The notes beneath the pieces were generated by a model that saw nothing but the letters and a program-made list of their open reading frames with translations, did not search any database and was not told where the DNA came from. Shown here piece by piece: positions 36,911 through 49,989 of a DNA stretch of 64,000 bases; the stretch's first letter is position 1; every line of letters begins with the position of its first letter. The DNA lies in NCBI GenBank assembly GCA_030264375.1, contig JASCQW010000109.1:37875919-37939918 (forward strand), in the 5' to 3' direction. The position numbers and the translations under genes were made by a program. The stretch is from Carcharhinus longimanus. Taxonomy: Eukaryota.

Positions 36911-38049
36911 TTGGGTGGAATTATGAGCCTCCGTCCCCCATGAGTGTAAATGGCAATGTGGGCACAAATCCCACAAAAATCAGGAATCGAGACTCTTGCC
37001 ACAAAGGGTAGGAACATAATTTAAATACATTTTAATATGAACGAGTCTCCCCGGCACATGACCACCCCTCACTGAATATTCAAACCACGCCCACGTGATG
37101 TCAATTTTGTTGGTTTTTTCACTCCCTGGCTGCACCCAAATCCACAAACTCGTCTGGTTAAAAGAACCCCAATATTACACAGCCTGATAGTTTAGTTTAC
37201 AGACTCAAAATAAGTGTTAATTTAAATTTTATTAGATAAGTATGGTTGTTTAATTGAGAACAAAATCAATTTGTACAGTGATAAGTTGAATGTTGCTGCA
37301 TCAGTAGTCAACAGTATGCATTCCGATGTGCTGACCTCACCATCATCCAATACTTTTACTGTTGTCAACTTTAGAAACTATCTTTCTTGCTACCTTATGG
37401 TTATGTTGTCACTCCCATGTTACCCTGCTGTTGTGTTTATGAGGAAGGGCTATCATGTCGACCCATAGAAGAGGCCAAAATCAACCAAGAATTTATCAAA
37501 CCTTCACCTGAGACTGATCACTCAATCTAACTAATACATCACTGCTCTATAAAAATGTTCACGCAGAAGGATGCATTTTCTTTGTGCTAGCTAGTAAACT
37601 GCAGTGGGCTGGATGTTGTGGGAGCTCTTTAAATTACTCACAGAATACCCAGCCTGGATGAGCTAGATTTGTTGACAGGATCAAGTACACTATAGAAGTT
37701 TTGCCTGGCTGTGACCATTCCAATGCTTGTTTTCAGGGAATAAATAGAATTTGTGCTCAGTGGTGCAATATATTCAATGCATGATTTTCAGGTGACACAA
37801 CTGTACTTTACTGCATGTAATAATTGGGAATTTGCCACTACAATGCTAGAATTCCATCTGAGTTATCAGTTAGCTAGGATCTTCATGCCCTAGTTAAGCA
37901 GATCTGTAGAATCTGCCAATGTGGAAATAAGCCTAGTGTACTAGATGTCATTGGGATACAGATAATGTATGTTCAATGAAGTCAACTACCTTTGGAATTA
38001 CATGGAGTCTGCAAGGAACTTCTCTACTTGGAACGATATGCGATGCTGC

Positions 38050-39220
38050 AGATATATGAGGGGGAGCAGTTAAATCAATAGAGGCTCAGCAGGATGCACC
38101 AGTCCTGTGGAGGGCACATCTTGTTATATGTTGGAACTCCAGAACACCTGTCACCAAGGAACCTCCAGACACCACAGAAAGTCTGCCCGTCATGGTCAAG
38201 CTGGATACTGAACCTACAACGGAGGAGCTGAGCAAAGTGCCAGGTGCTGTGGTTATACTACCTGAACTCAACAAGCATAGGAAACAGGCATTTCTGCAGT
38301 ATCTGCACAAACTTCTCAGTTGCTGTTGAATGAAGGGGGCATAAAATGCATGATGCAAAGATTGTGACCATTCACAAGAACCAAAATGATCACAGCAATT
38401 GCAACAACTATCACAGCATCTGCCTGCTCAATATTACAAGAAAAGTATTTGCCCATGCTGTCCTCGTCAGACTTTAGATCCTGGCTGAATACATCTATCT
38501 CAAATTCCAGTCCATTTTCAGAACTTGCAATTGACACAGACCAGAGTTCTCAACCCCACCGCAGCAGAATCAAATGCATCACAAAATCTACAGCTGTTTT
38601 GTCTAAGCTGAGTAAAAGAGTGTTGAATAACGGCAAACTGACTAAAAATACCAAACTGCGAGTCTACCAAGCTTATGTCTTCAACACACTCAGACACAAG
38701 AAAAAGCTGAAAAGTTTGCACCTTTGCAGTCCCAGATGTATCCTCAGCAACCTTTGGCAGGACAAAATCATCAACTCAAGAGGTGCTGGAATACGCTAAT
38801 TCCGTCAGCATACATGTATTGCTAAGCCACAGTGTCTGCACTGACTTGGTCATATTAGACGGATGAATGACAGCCGTCAATCCATAGACCTTGTATGTGG
38901 TGGAACTGACCTCCTGGGTGTCCACACCTAGTCCACAAGGACACCTACAGGCAAGATATAAAGATGGCAGAAATTGACAGCTAACTGAGAGACTCTTGCA
39001 AATTGTTGTGACCACTGGAGGTGGACTGCTTGGAAAGGCACTGGAAAATGTTAGCAGAAAAATGCTAGCAGAAAAATGCTCAGCTGGTTAAGAGGGCCCG
39101 GAGAAAGCAGAAACCAGCGGATCATGCAACTCCTCAGCCCATGTCTTGCTCTGTAGCAAATGGAGCAGAGACCGTCATGTCAGAACAGGGCTCCTCAGTC
39201 ACACCAGGCCATGTTTCACA
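38050..39220 (+). mobile_element. Decayed RTE-clade LINE
   Basis: STAVLSKLSKRVLNNGKLTKNTKLRVYQAYVFNTL...LHLCSPRCILSNLWQDKIIN, an RTE post-RT signature. Confidence 0.8.
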
Positions 39221-39524
39221 TAGGTGGTGGAGCTCATAAAATTCCCTGGGTGGTCATCTCACCACAATATGCCCACTCTCAACCTAATTTTTACATGGGG
39301 TAGTGAGGCCAAGAGAAGCCCTCTCACCCTTGCCCAATTGAGGCTTCCAAGTGATCAATTGTTGACTACCAAAGGACTACTTCCCACTTAGCCTCAATTT
39401 TTAGGCCGGTGGGAGGAATCCAGGGACAGGGCAGAAGCCCAGCCTGCTTGGTCCCCAAGTAGGAAAGGGCTGTGGTTTGCCTCTCTGCATCAGAACTCCC
39501 TTCACTCAACCTTAGGCTAAAGGG

Positions 39525-39786
39525 ACAATCTTTAAAACAAAAATGAGGAGGAATTTCTTCAGCCAGAGTGTGGTGAATCTGTGGAACTCGTTGCCACAGA
39601 AGGCTGTGGAAGACAGGTCATTGAGTGTTTTTAAGAAAGAGATAGGTAGATTCTTGATTAATAAGGAGATGAGGGGTTATGGCGAAAAAGCAGGAAAATG
39701 GGGATCAGAAAAATATCAGCCCTAGTTGAATGGCAGAGCAGACGCGATGAGCCAAGTAGCCTAATTCTGCTCCTATGTCTTATGGT
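39525..39786 (+). mobile_element. CR1 3' end
   Basis: MRRNFFSQSVVNLWNSLPQKAVE; tail CTCCTATGTCTTATGG. Confidence 0.9.
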
Positions 39787-40999
39787 CACTCCACTTGCCC
39801 CATAAAGTCTGACACCACCTCGTCCACCCGGTACTCCTTCACCCCTTGACCTTTCTATCAAGACCCCTATTCCCCTCTCCCCACCTCCATAGGCTTTATT
39901 CCCCCTCACCACCATGAAACCCCAAGGCCCTACACTTTCCTGACTCTGGATTCTGAGCCTTAGAATCTGAAGATTGCCTATAGTCCCAGTTCTTAAATGT
40001 GGCCTAGTTTTATGATGACATTAACGTTCTGAATTTGCATAATGCAAGCACTGGCCATCGAGTCAATTTGGGGAAAAGGCTTACAGGTCAGGTGGTATCT
40101 TTGCAGGAACAACAGGCTGTAGTCTTGTGAGAAACAGATTTTGGATATTTAGAGGTGGAATTCTTTTATTCTTGTACAGATGTCCTGTGCTGGAGACATA
40201 AGCCTAGATTTTCTGATTGCAATATCATTGGCGTTACAGTCAGATAATCTAGGCCATCGACTCCTATTTTAAAATAGCTGAGCTTGTAACTGAGAGGCAG
40301 CTGATGTATCTGCTGAAATTTTTCCCAAATGTAGGACACCAGTGTCATCAAAGGTAAACTGGAGCACAATGATTCTATTACAGGAAAAAAAAGAGATTGC
40401 AGGCTGACAATCCTGAAAAGATTCTTCACATTTACCCTAGAGCAGCAGGCAATGAGTGGAAATATTAGGTCCCATTTTGTAAGACTAGCATAAAAACAGG
40501 CTGGAGCTGCCCCGTGATGCAGAAGCACACGTGCCGAAAGCTCGCGGGGGGGGGAAAGAAGGGAGGGAGACCATGCCAAATCATCTGATCAGAATTTCTT
40601 CCCTTAATTTGAATGGACCATTGGCTGGAATAAGCCCAGCAAAGCCAATCATCCAATGTACTTAAAATGCAGGAGGTAAATTTTATTTTGCTGCAGGCCA
40701 AATCATCATTTTCCTTGAAAAAAATCACCCGCCCAGTTCAGGTCCCAAGCCTCTCCACACCTCAGCTTTTGTGTGAAATCTTATGTGAAATCATGCTTGG
40801 GACCTGCTTAGCGTTTAATCAAGCCCTCTGTAGCAAATGCAGTCTCTGAGTCACACTTAAAATGAGCAGCACAAAATGCAGCATGCCATCAGACAAGCCA
40901 GATCACATAACCCATGTGACAGTCCCAATTGTTTACATTTAAGAGAACTCCTCGGAGTTAAATGTTATTGCCGCACGATACACTCAGTGGATTTCAGAG

Positions 41000-41380
41000 C
41001 CAGTCTAAAATTAAACATGGTGAGGCCCAGATGATGATATTAGGGTAGATGATCAAAAACCCGGTCAAGGAGATAGGTTTTAAGGAGTGCCTTTCAGGAT
41101 AAGAGGCAGAGAGATTCAGAGAGGTAATTCCAGAGTTTAAGAGCCTTACAAGCTCAACGTATGACCACCAATGGTGGAGCAACAGAATTTGGGGATGCCC
41201 ACAAGGCCAGGACTAAAAGGGATTTTTAAAAGGGCTAATTTTTAAAATTGAAGCATTGCTGAACCATGAGCCAATGTAGGTCAGCAAGGACAGAGGTGGT
41301 GGGTGAACAATATTTGGTGTACATTTGGACACAGGCAGCAGAATTTTGCATGGCTTCAAGTTTACAAAGGGTAGAATGCA
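41000..41380 (-). mobile_element. L2 LINE 3' fragment
   Basis: Similar to 21280-21620 and extends to GAGCCAATGTAGGTCAGCAAGGACAG. Confidence 0.7.
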
Positions 41381-41495
41381 ATATGTCTCAAATCTTAATA
41401 AACAGAGGTGCGATGAAACCTAAGGATGACGAAAATATTTCAAAAACATCACATTTATACTTGGTTGATAAAAATGATGATTCTGAAAAATGTCA

Positions 41496-43680
41496 AAGAA
41501 CAAAGAACAGTAAAGGACAGGAGCAGGTCCTTCGGCCTACCATACCAGCACTGATCACATTGCCCTATCTAGACCCACCAACTGTATCCCTCTATTTCCC
41601 ACCTGTTCATGTGTCTATCTATTCAGATAAGTCTTAAATGTTGTCTCAATCACCTCACTTGGCAGTGCATTCCAGGCCCCCACCACCTCTAAGTAAAAAA
41701 CTTGCCCCCGAACATCTCTAGTGAACATTTCCACCCTTGCCTTGAATTTGTGCCCCCTTGTAATTGTCATTTCTGCCCTTGGAGAAAACTTCCAACTGTT
41801 CACTTTATCTATGCCCCTCATAATTTTATAAACTTCTATCAGATCGCCCTCCAGCCTTCATCTTTCCATGGAGAACAATCCCAGTTTATTCAATCTCTTC
41901 TCATAGCTAATACCCTCTATGCCAGGTAACATCTGGGTAAACCTTTTCTGTACTCCCTCTAAAGACTTCACATCCTCTGGTAGTGTGGTGACCAGAATTG
42001 GACACAGTATTTCAACTGTGACCTAACGTTTTATATAACAGTAATATAATTTGCCAACTTTTATACTTGATGCTCCAGCTGATGAAAGCAAACATGCCAT
42101 ATGCTTTCTTGACCACTTTTTCCACCTGTGTGCTGCCACTTCTAAGGATCTGCAGACCTGTACTCCCAGATCCCTATGTAGTGTTTATGCCCCTGATGGT
42201 TCTGCCATTTATTTTATAGCTACCACCTGAAGTGGATCTACCAAAATGCATCACCTGGTATTTGTCCAGATTAAATTCCATTGCCATTTCTGCAGAAAAT
42301 TTTATAACCTATCTATATCCTGCTGTATTCTCTGACAATCTTCATTACTATCCACAACTCTGGCAATCTTAATATCATCCTCAAACTTGCTAATCAGACC
42401 AGCTACGTTTTCTTCCAAGTCATTTATATATATGTTACATACAATAGAGGTCCCAGCACTGATCCCTGCGGAATGCTAGTTACAGACCTCCATTTGGAAA
42501 AACACCCTGCCGCCGCTACCTCTTTCTTTTATGGCCAAGCCAGTTCTGAATCCATCTAGCTAATTCATCCTTGATCCTGTGTGATTTAACCTTTTGCTCC
42601 TGCCATGAGGGATCTTGTCAAATGATTTACTAAAGTCCATGTAGACAACATCCATGGCCCTTCCCTCAATCATTTTTGTCACTTCCTCNNNNNAAAGTCA
42701 ATCAAATTAGAGAGACATGAACTGCTTTGTACAAAACCATGCTGTCTGTCACTAATAAGACCATTCAATTTCTAATGTGTATAGATCCTATTCCTAAGAC
42801 TCTTCTCCAACAATTTCACTCTCACTGACGTCAAGTTCACTGGCCTATAATTACCCAGGTCATCTGTACTACCATCCTTAAACAACAGGACAACACTGGC
42901 TATCAGCAAATCCTCTGGGACCTCATGTGTGGCCAACAAGGAAATAAGGACTCCTGTTAGAGGCCCAGTGATTTCCTCTTTTGTCTCCCTCAGTAACTGG
43001 GGATAAGTGCCATCTGGCCCTGGGGATTTGTCTATCTTAATGCTTTTTAATACACCTAACACTTCCTCCCTCATAATGATGACTTGCTCTAGAGGGTTTA
43101 CATATCCCTCTGAGACACCATCAATCAATGTGTCCTTCTTTTTTGTGAATACCAATGCATAGTACTCATTAAGGATCTCACCTACTGCCTTTGGTTCTAC
43201 ATACAATTTCCCTCCTTTTGTCCTTGAGTGGACCAACTCTTTCTGTAACTACCCTCTTGTTCCTAACAGTTATATATATAAAATGCCTTGGGATTCTCCT
43301 TAATCCTGCCTTCCAAGGAGATTTTGTGATCCCTTTTCCCCCTCCTAACTTCTGGAGTTCTTTTCTATTTCCCTGTATTCTCCAAGCGCTTCATCTGTTT
43401 TTTGTTGCCTAGACCTCATCCTTTTTCTTTTTAACTGGACTTGTGTAACTTCCCTGATCATCCATGATTCTCAAATCCTGCCTTTCCTGTCCTTCCTTTT
43501 CATAGCCACATGCTTGTCTTGCACTCCAATCAACAGCTCCTCAAAAGGATCCCACATGCCGGATGTGGATTTACCCTCAAACATCCTCTCTCTAACAACA
43601 GCCTCCAAATCCTGCCTAATCTGGTTGTACTTAGCCTTCCCCCCAGTTTAGCACCTTAGCCCTAGGACAACACTTCGCCT
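41496..43680 (-). mobile_element. About 2.2-kb CR1 LINE
   Basis: IKIDKSPGPDGTYPQLLRE...NYRPVNLTS (42772-43236); MRGIDKV...TRGHKFK (41615-41821); tail CAAAGAACAAAGAACAG. Confidence 0.95.
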
Positions 43681-43969
43681 TTTCCAAAAATTTCAAGCCA
43701 CTTTAGTTTCAAGGGATATTAATTACTACAATCTCAATGGAATAACTGCAAATAAAATAAATGGGATGGCAACAAGTATACTAACTGCACCACTGGATTT
43801 CTTTCATTACCAGGATAATTAAACCTGCTACTTCTTTAACATTACAGTTTATTACACATAACGTTAATTTTACTTGTTTTCAACCACACTGTTGGATGCT
43901 CAGCTCCATTTTGCTATAGCTTGCTCCATGCAATAGAGTGACACAGAAAATCATGCATTATTGTAAAAC

Positions 43970-44365
43970 TAAGTGTCAGTGTGGTCTCAGTCTCACCCCC
44001 GAGTCAAAAGACCATGCATTCAAGCTTCATTCATGAACCAGACCTTCCAGTAAAGCACAAAAGGACTGCTTTATTATTAGAATTCTTTTGCTTCAGAGGA
44101 GACATTAAACTGATATCTGCCTGTTCTGATGGAAAAATACATCCTGTGACATGATTTGGGGCAAGGGAGGGAATTCTCTTTGTAACCTGGTCAATTTTGT
44201 TTTCCCACATACAGCATAAATAAAGTCATTTCATTGCTGTCTGTGTAATCTTGCTATGTGCAAAATGGATGTTATTTGCTGACACAGCTACACGTCAAAT
44301 GAAATCATTGCATGACAAATGCTTCGAGAAACGATTGGTACTATATAAATGCAAGCCTTTCTTTT
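43970..44365 (+). mobile_element. Deu-domain SINE (SacSINE1-like), near full length, old
   Basis: tRNA-like head CTCACCCCCGAGTCAAAAG, Deu-like core CATTGCTGTCTGTGTAATCTTGCTATGTGCAAAATGG, tail CTATATAAATGCAAG. Confidence 0.6.
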
Positions 44366-44823
44366 TGGTCTTTCACTGTTCGCTGATGTTCATTGTAGCA
44401 ACTATCCACTTATATGGAGAAGAAAAGAAAGAAGCAAAGAAATTCAGAATTGTTCTTTAAAATGTCAGGCAGCTGATAATTCTAAAGTCAAAAACTGTTT
44501 CAGATTTACAATTGTTTGTAGAAGTTTTGTTAAGAAGGGGTGTTATTTTAAAACATGCTTTAATAATTCTGAGGAAGCTGTCTTGCTTTGTGAAATGTTA
44601 TACAAGGGAAACACTGTAAGAGACATGCTCAAATGGGGCATGGAAAACATTTCATGTCATTAATAAGGCATGCAGGTCATTCCCAAATGATCTTTTTCTG
44701 CATTCTAGTCACCAACCCATAATACTCTATTTATTCCATGCTTATTTAAAAAATTTGGTGATTTTCATGAGTCTTCAAGTGACGAGAATGAAGGAAAAAT
44801 CAGGACTTTAACCAATCACTTAC

Positions 44824-44958
44824 TTTTACGTTGGAAGGAGGAATCCTTTGAGACTTCATGCTGAGCTGTTGGGTTCGTGCTATAAGCGGAAGTCTGGCTC
44901 AGGATGGTGCTGCCGTCCGTAGAATGGGGGTCTCTGTTCTCAGTTTGAGCTGTATACA
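44824..44958 (-). CDS. Candidate in-frame cassette exon of PPP3CA (135 nt, 45 aa)
   Basis: tttctgttttAG acceptor (AG at 44960-44959) and AAA|GTAAGT donor (44823-44818). Only the phase-1 frame is open: (V)YTAQTENRDPHSTDGSTILSQTSAYSTNPTAQHEVSKDSSFQRK(T). Confidence 0.55.
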
Positions 44959-45409
44959 CTAAAACAGAAATTTGTGTGATGTATGTATGTGTGCATCTGA
45001 AAATAATTTATTTTGGAATTGTTCAAGGCATCAAATGGTGGCTAAAATTGCTATAAAATATACTGCTACATTAATACAGTAAATGGTGCCTCATCTTTGG
45101 TGACTGTGACTTGGATTTGAATACAAGGAGATTTGGTACCACATATTTCATAAAACAAGTATGTTTCTTAAAGAAATGTACATTCTACATAAAATATGAT
45201 TGTTCAGCTTACTAAAAAGTTCTAGCCCTTGGTTTCAATAATCTTTTCCAATACTCCCCTACATGACTTTTCGTAAATAAGTGAAAAGATGTTCATACTC
45301 CAGAGAATTAGATTAACAAGTTGATCATTCCTACCTTGTACTTTTTCGGCCTTCATGATTTTTGGCCTCATTATGCCACAACCTCGACGAGGACATCTAC
45401 ATCTTCCCC

Positions 45410-46238
45410 ATTACAGACAGCTATGGATAGGCCAGGAGAATGGGTCAAAATTTGACAGGTGGAGTTTAATGTGGATAAGTGTGCGGTTATCCATTTTGGT
45501 CAAAAAAAAAGAAAGACAAATTATTATCTGAATGGAAAGTTTCAAAATGCATCTGGGCAGAGGGATCTGAGCATCTTTGTTCATGAATCACAGAAAGTTG
45601 GTATGCAGGTAGGCATGTAATAAAATGGCAAATGGAATGTTAGTATTTATTGCAAAAGGACAGGAGTATAAAAGTAGAGAAATGTTGTTGCATTTGTATA
45701 GGGTGTTGATGAGACCAGATCTGAAGTACTGTGTCCAGTTTTGGTTTCCTTAATAGAGGAAGGACGTGGTGGCATTGGAAACATTACAGAGGAGATTCCC
45801 CAGATTGACTCTGGAGATAAAGGGGTTGACCTATTAGGAGAGATTAAACAGCTCGCTGGAGTTTAGAAGGATGAGAGGGGATTTGATTGAGGTATATAAA
45901 ATACTAAAAGGGATTGATAAGGTAAACTTAAATGTTTCCCCTTGTGGGACAATCTGGAAGAAGAAGTCACAGGTATAGGTTGAGAGGTGGTAGACTTAAA
46001 ACTGAGATGAGGAGGGATTACTTCTCGCAGAGGGTGGTGAATTAGTGCAACTCGCTGTTGGAGTCTGCATCATTAAGTGGTTTCAAGGAGATAGATATAT
46101 TTTTGAGGTTAGAGGGATATGGGGAACAGGTAGGCAGGTGGATTTGAGACCAGCAAGAGATTAGCCATGATCTGATTAAATAGTGGAGCAGGTTCAAAGG
46201 ACTGATTGACCTACTTCTGCTCCTAGTTCCTATGTTCT
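45410..46238 (+). mobile_element. 5'-truncated CR1 LINE
   Basis: GAGACCAGATCTGAAGTACTGTGTCCAGTTTTGG; GGAGTTTAGAAGGATGAGAGGGGA; tail TAGTTCCTATGTTCTTA. Confidence 0.9.
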
Positions 46239-46384
46239 TAAAGCTACCTCCATGAAGCTTAATTTACTCTTCCTAAACAAATCTTGCTTCCATGTTTTAA
46301 ACTCATATCTCTTAAATAATGAAAATAGATCAATGCCTGGGCACTCCAGTAACTTACAGGGTAACCATCTAATTACCATTGAAG

Positions 46385-46790
46385 GCTCTTATTTAATTCT
46401 TTTATGAGATGTCAGCATCACTGGTAAGGCCAGAATTTATTGCCCACCTATATTTGCCCTTGAAAAGGTGGTGCTGATTCACCTTCTTGAACTGCTGCAG
46501 TTCATGTGGCGTAGATACACCTGCAACACTGTTAGAGGGTCCCAGGGTTTTCACTCAATGAGCATGAAGGAAGTGTAGTTTCCAAGTTATCATGGATGTG
46601 TCTTGTAGGGAAACTGGCAGGTGGTGTTGCTCCCATGCATCTATTCCCCTTATTTTATCTGGCTGTCACTGTTACGGATCTAGAAGGTGCTGACAAAGGG
46701 ATAAGGTGCTGTAGTGTGTCCGGTAGATGACACACAAAGTAGCCACGGTTAATTGGTGGTTGAGGAAGTGAATTCCTCAATAATGTGGAG
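46385..46790 (-). mobile_element. CR1-group LINE 3' fragment (47960 family)
   Basis: ATTTATTGCCCACC...GCCCTTGAAAAGGTGGTG is the reverse complement of 49220-49260. Confidence 0.75.
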
Positions 46791-47032
46791 GGAGTCTTAG
46801 GTATATTGATTGCAGAGATATGAAGCCAACAATGAATTTCAGCTCAGCAGGCACCAACCATGACGTTATTTGCACTTGTGCAAAGCCCAGATCCATCTAA
46901 GCTTAAAATACTGCTCCCATTCCATACCTTTATCATTCAAACTCTCTTTATCAAAACATGCAATATCTCAAGACAGGAAGAGATCAAGTCAGTCTAGGCT
47001 CCTTTCCAGTCTTATTAGCTGTAACAAATAAT

Positions 47033-47418
47033 GGGGAGTGATTTTCCACTCCCGTTTTTAAGGAGGCACATAGATGAGCACAGCAGTACTGGGGACAGTG
47101 CCAAGAGGCGAGTCCCATGGTGGCACAATGGGATGGGGGGAGTAAGGGGGCAGTGAGGCGGGGCAGAAATCTGTGATGGAAGGGGTGGTTGTTTATTTCA
47201 GTGAGTCCTTTAATAACAGTACCCTGATCAAAGTTACTGGTGGGGTGGGTTCAACCAAAATCTGCCCCGCCAGCATGACATTGTGCAACCTACTCCCTAC
47301 ATTTTTTGGTGTATCAGTTTAAAATCCAATGGGAAAACCTGCCAATACCACCAGTGAGCTAACCTCCATTTTTCCTGTCCAAGATCACACTTCCCAAAAA
47401 GATGGCAAAATTATACCC
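47033..47418. mobile_element. Harbinger-type MITE
   Basis: Imperfect TIRs GGGGAGTGATTTTCC / GGCAAAATTATACCC, flanked by AAT on both sides (possible 3-bp TSD). Confidence 0.55.
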
Positions 47419-47959
47419 AATGTGCCTCTCTTGAGAAAAATTGTACATTTTTACATTGGAATCCCAAGTTACATCTCCTGTAACAAACTCTCTTGATCAG
47501 TTAATTCAAAATCCAACTAACCTCTCAGTAAGCAAATATTTTCTTTCATCCTTCATGAATTTAACTCTTCGAAGTTCACACATTTATCCCCCCAAGACAA
47601 TGGGTGACATTCATTTGGCATTCACAGCAAATTCTGTACCCTGACCAATGCTCTATATAATTACAAGATTACTATGCACTCCTGAGGCATCCTGTTTATA
47701 ATATTCATCTAAAATATAAAGAGGTGACCATACTGGCTTGTCATGCCAGTTGGTTGGCATGGCGAGCTGGTAAGATTGGGCGAGAGGGCAAAAACCAGGT
47801 TCGGAACTGGTTTCCACCACTTGCAATGTTACCGGCCTCATTCTACTAGTGTAAGGCTGATTGAAATACTTGAGGTTTTTTTTAATATGTTGAGTGAGTC
47901 CCGGATGCAATTGTTGGGGCTCATTTGCCTGAACGACCTTGCCAGTCGAGGAGAGGATG

Positions 47960-49283
47960 ATGACTCTTCCACTGGCATCTACCCAACAATGCGGAAAATT
48001 GCCCAGGTATATCCTGTACACAAAAGCAGGACAAATCCAACCCAGCCAATTACCGCCCAGTCTACTGTCAATCATCAGTAAAGTGATGGAAGNNNNNNNN
48101 NNNNNNNNNNNNNNNNNNNNNNNNNNNNNNNNNNNNNNNNNNNNNNNNNNNNNNNNNNNNNNNNNNNNNNNNNNNNNNNNNNNNNNNNNNNNATTACCGC
48201 CCAGTCTACTGTCAATCATCAGTAAAGTGATGGAAGGAGTGATCGACAATGCTATCAACCAGTACCTGCTCAGCAATAACTTGCTCAGTGATGCCCAGTT
48301 TGGGTTTCGCCAGGGTCACTCGGCTCCTGACCTCATTTCAGCCTTGGTCCAATCATGGACGAAAGAGCTGAATTCCAGAGGTGAGTTGAAAGTGACAGCC
48401 CTTGACGTCAAGGCCATTTTTGACTGCATGTGGCATCAAGGAGCCTTAGCAAAACTGGAATCAATAGGTATCAGGGGCTAAACATGTTTAAATACAACAA
48501 GAAATGGGCAATATCCAGACTTAGGTTGACAAGTGGCAAGTAGTATTCATGCCACACAAATGCTAGGCAATGATCATCACCAATAAGAGACACTCTAACC
48601 ACTGCCCTTGACATTCAATGGTGTAACCATCACTGAATCCCCCACTATCAACATCCTTAGGTTTGCTATTGACCAGAAATTCAAATGGACTCACCACATA
48701 AACACAATAAGTACAACAGCAGGCCAGAGGCTAGGAATACTGCGGTGAGAAACTCACTTCCTGATTCCCCAGAGCCTATCCACCATCTTCAAGGCACAAG
48801 TCAGGAGTGTGATGGAATAGTTCCCACTTGACCAGATGAACGCAGCTGCAACAACACTCAGGAAGCTCGACACCATCCAGGATAAAACAGCCTGCTTGAT
48901 TGGTACCACATTTACAAATATCCACTCTCCACCACCAACACTCAGTAGCAGCAGTGTGTACTATCTACAACATGCGCCGCAGCAATTCACCAAGATCCTG
49001 AGACAGTACCTTCCAAATCCAGAACCACTTTCATCTAGAAGGACAAGAGCAGCAGATACATGGGAACACCGCCACCTGCCAGTTCCCCTCTAAGCCACTC
49101 ACCATCCTGACTTCGAAATATACTGACATTCCTTCACAGTCACTAGGTCAAAATACGAGAATTCTCTCCCTAATGGTCAACCCACTGCATGTGAACTGCA
49201 GTGATTCAAGAAGACAGCTCACCACCACTTTCTCAAGGGCAACTAGGGGTGGGCAATAAAGGCTAGCCAGCCAGCGAGGCCCA
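47960..49283 (+). mobile_element. CR1-group LINE, RT to 3' end
   Basis: SLLSIISKVMEGVID...LLSDAQFGFRQGHSAPDL...ALDVKAIFDCMWHQG; ends GAATGAATAAAAA. Confidence 0.9.
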
Positions 49284-49989
49284 TGTCCTAGGAATGAATA
49301 AAAATGGTCCCCAGTCTAAAGGGAGGGGTGGGGCCTGAAGAGGCAGGCTCATGATGGGGACAGGGCCATGACAAAGAGATGGGGGGGTGTACTTCCCACT
49401 TGTACAGAGTGCACTGGGAGCTCAGGGCACCTGTGCAATGGTGCCCCTGTCATTCAGCAGCCAAATTCCTGGCATGATTAGGCTCTTGTCAATCCCTCTA
49501 CCGGCAAGAATGACACTTCCCAGAAGTTTTTTGGTAAGATTGCCCCTATAGTGTTGAATGTGTATATTCTATATATTATATATATGTATTTATCATATTA
49601 CGCTGATGCAACAAACATGGAGGTGCAGTTTTTAATGAGTCACACAAAATAATTAACATAAGCTTGTTCTGGGGGATTTGTTTTCTGCTTAAAATAGCAC
49701 TTGTTCCATGAATTATCATTTTTGTGTTTTAGAAATTCTGGACCATAGACATAGCATAATTGCAAAAATAAAATGTTACATTTAAATGTAGAACGGATAC
49801 ACAAAATCAATCATTGCCAAACGAAGTACTTGAATGATATTATTTTCTAACTGAATTTGATGCAATTTATTTTAGATTTCATTTAAAAATTAAAGTTATT
49901 TCTGGTGTTGAAACCTCTTTATATTACTAAATTCAAATCATTAATATTATTTTTGAAGTTCAGTGTAATCTAGTTCTGTATCTTCAATC

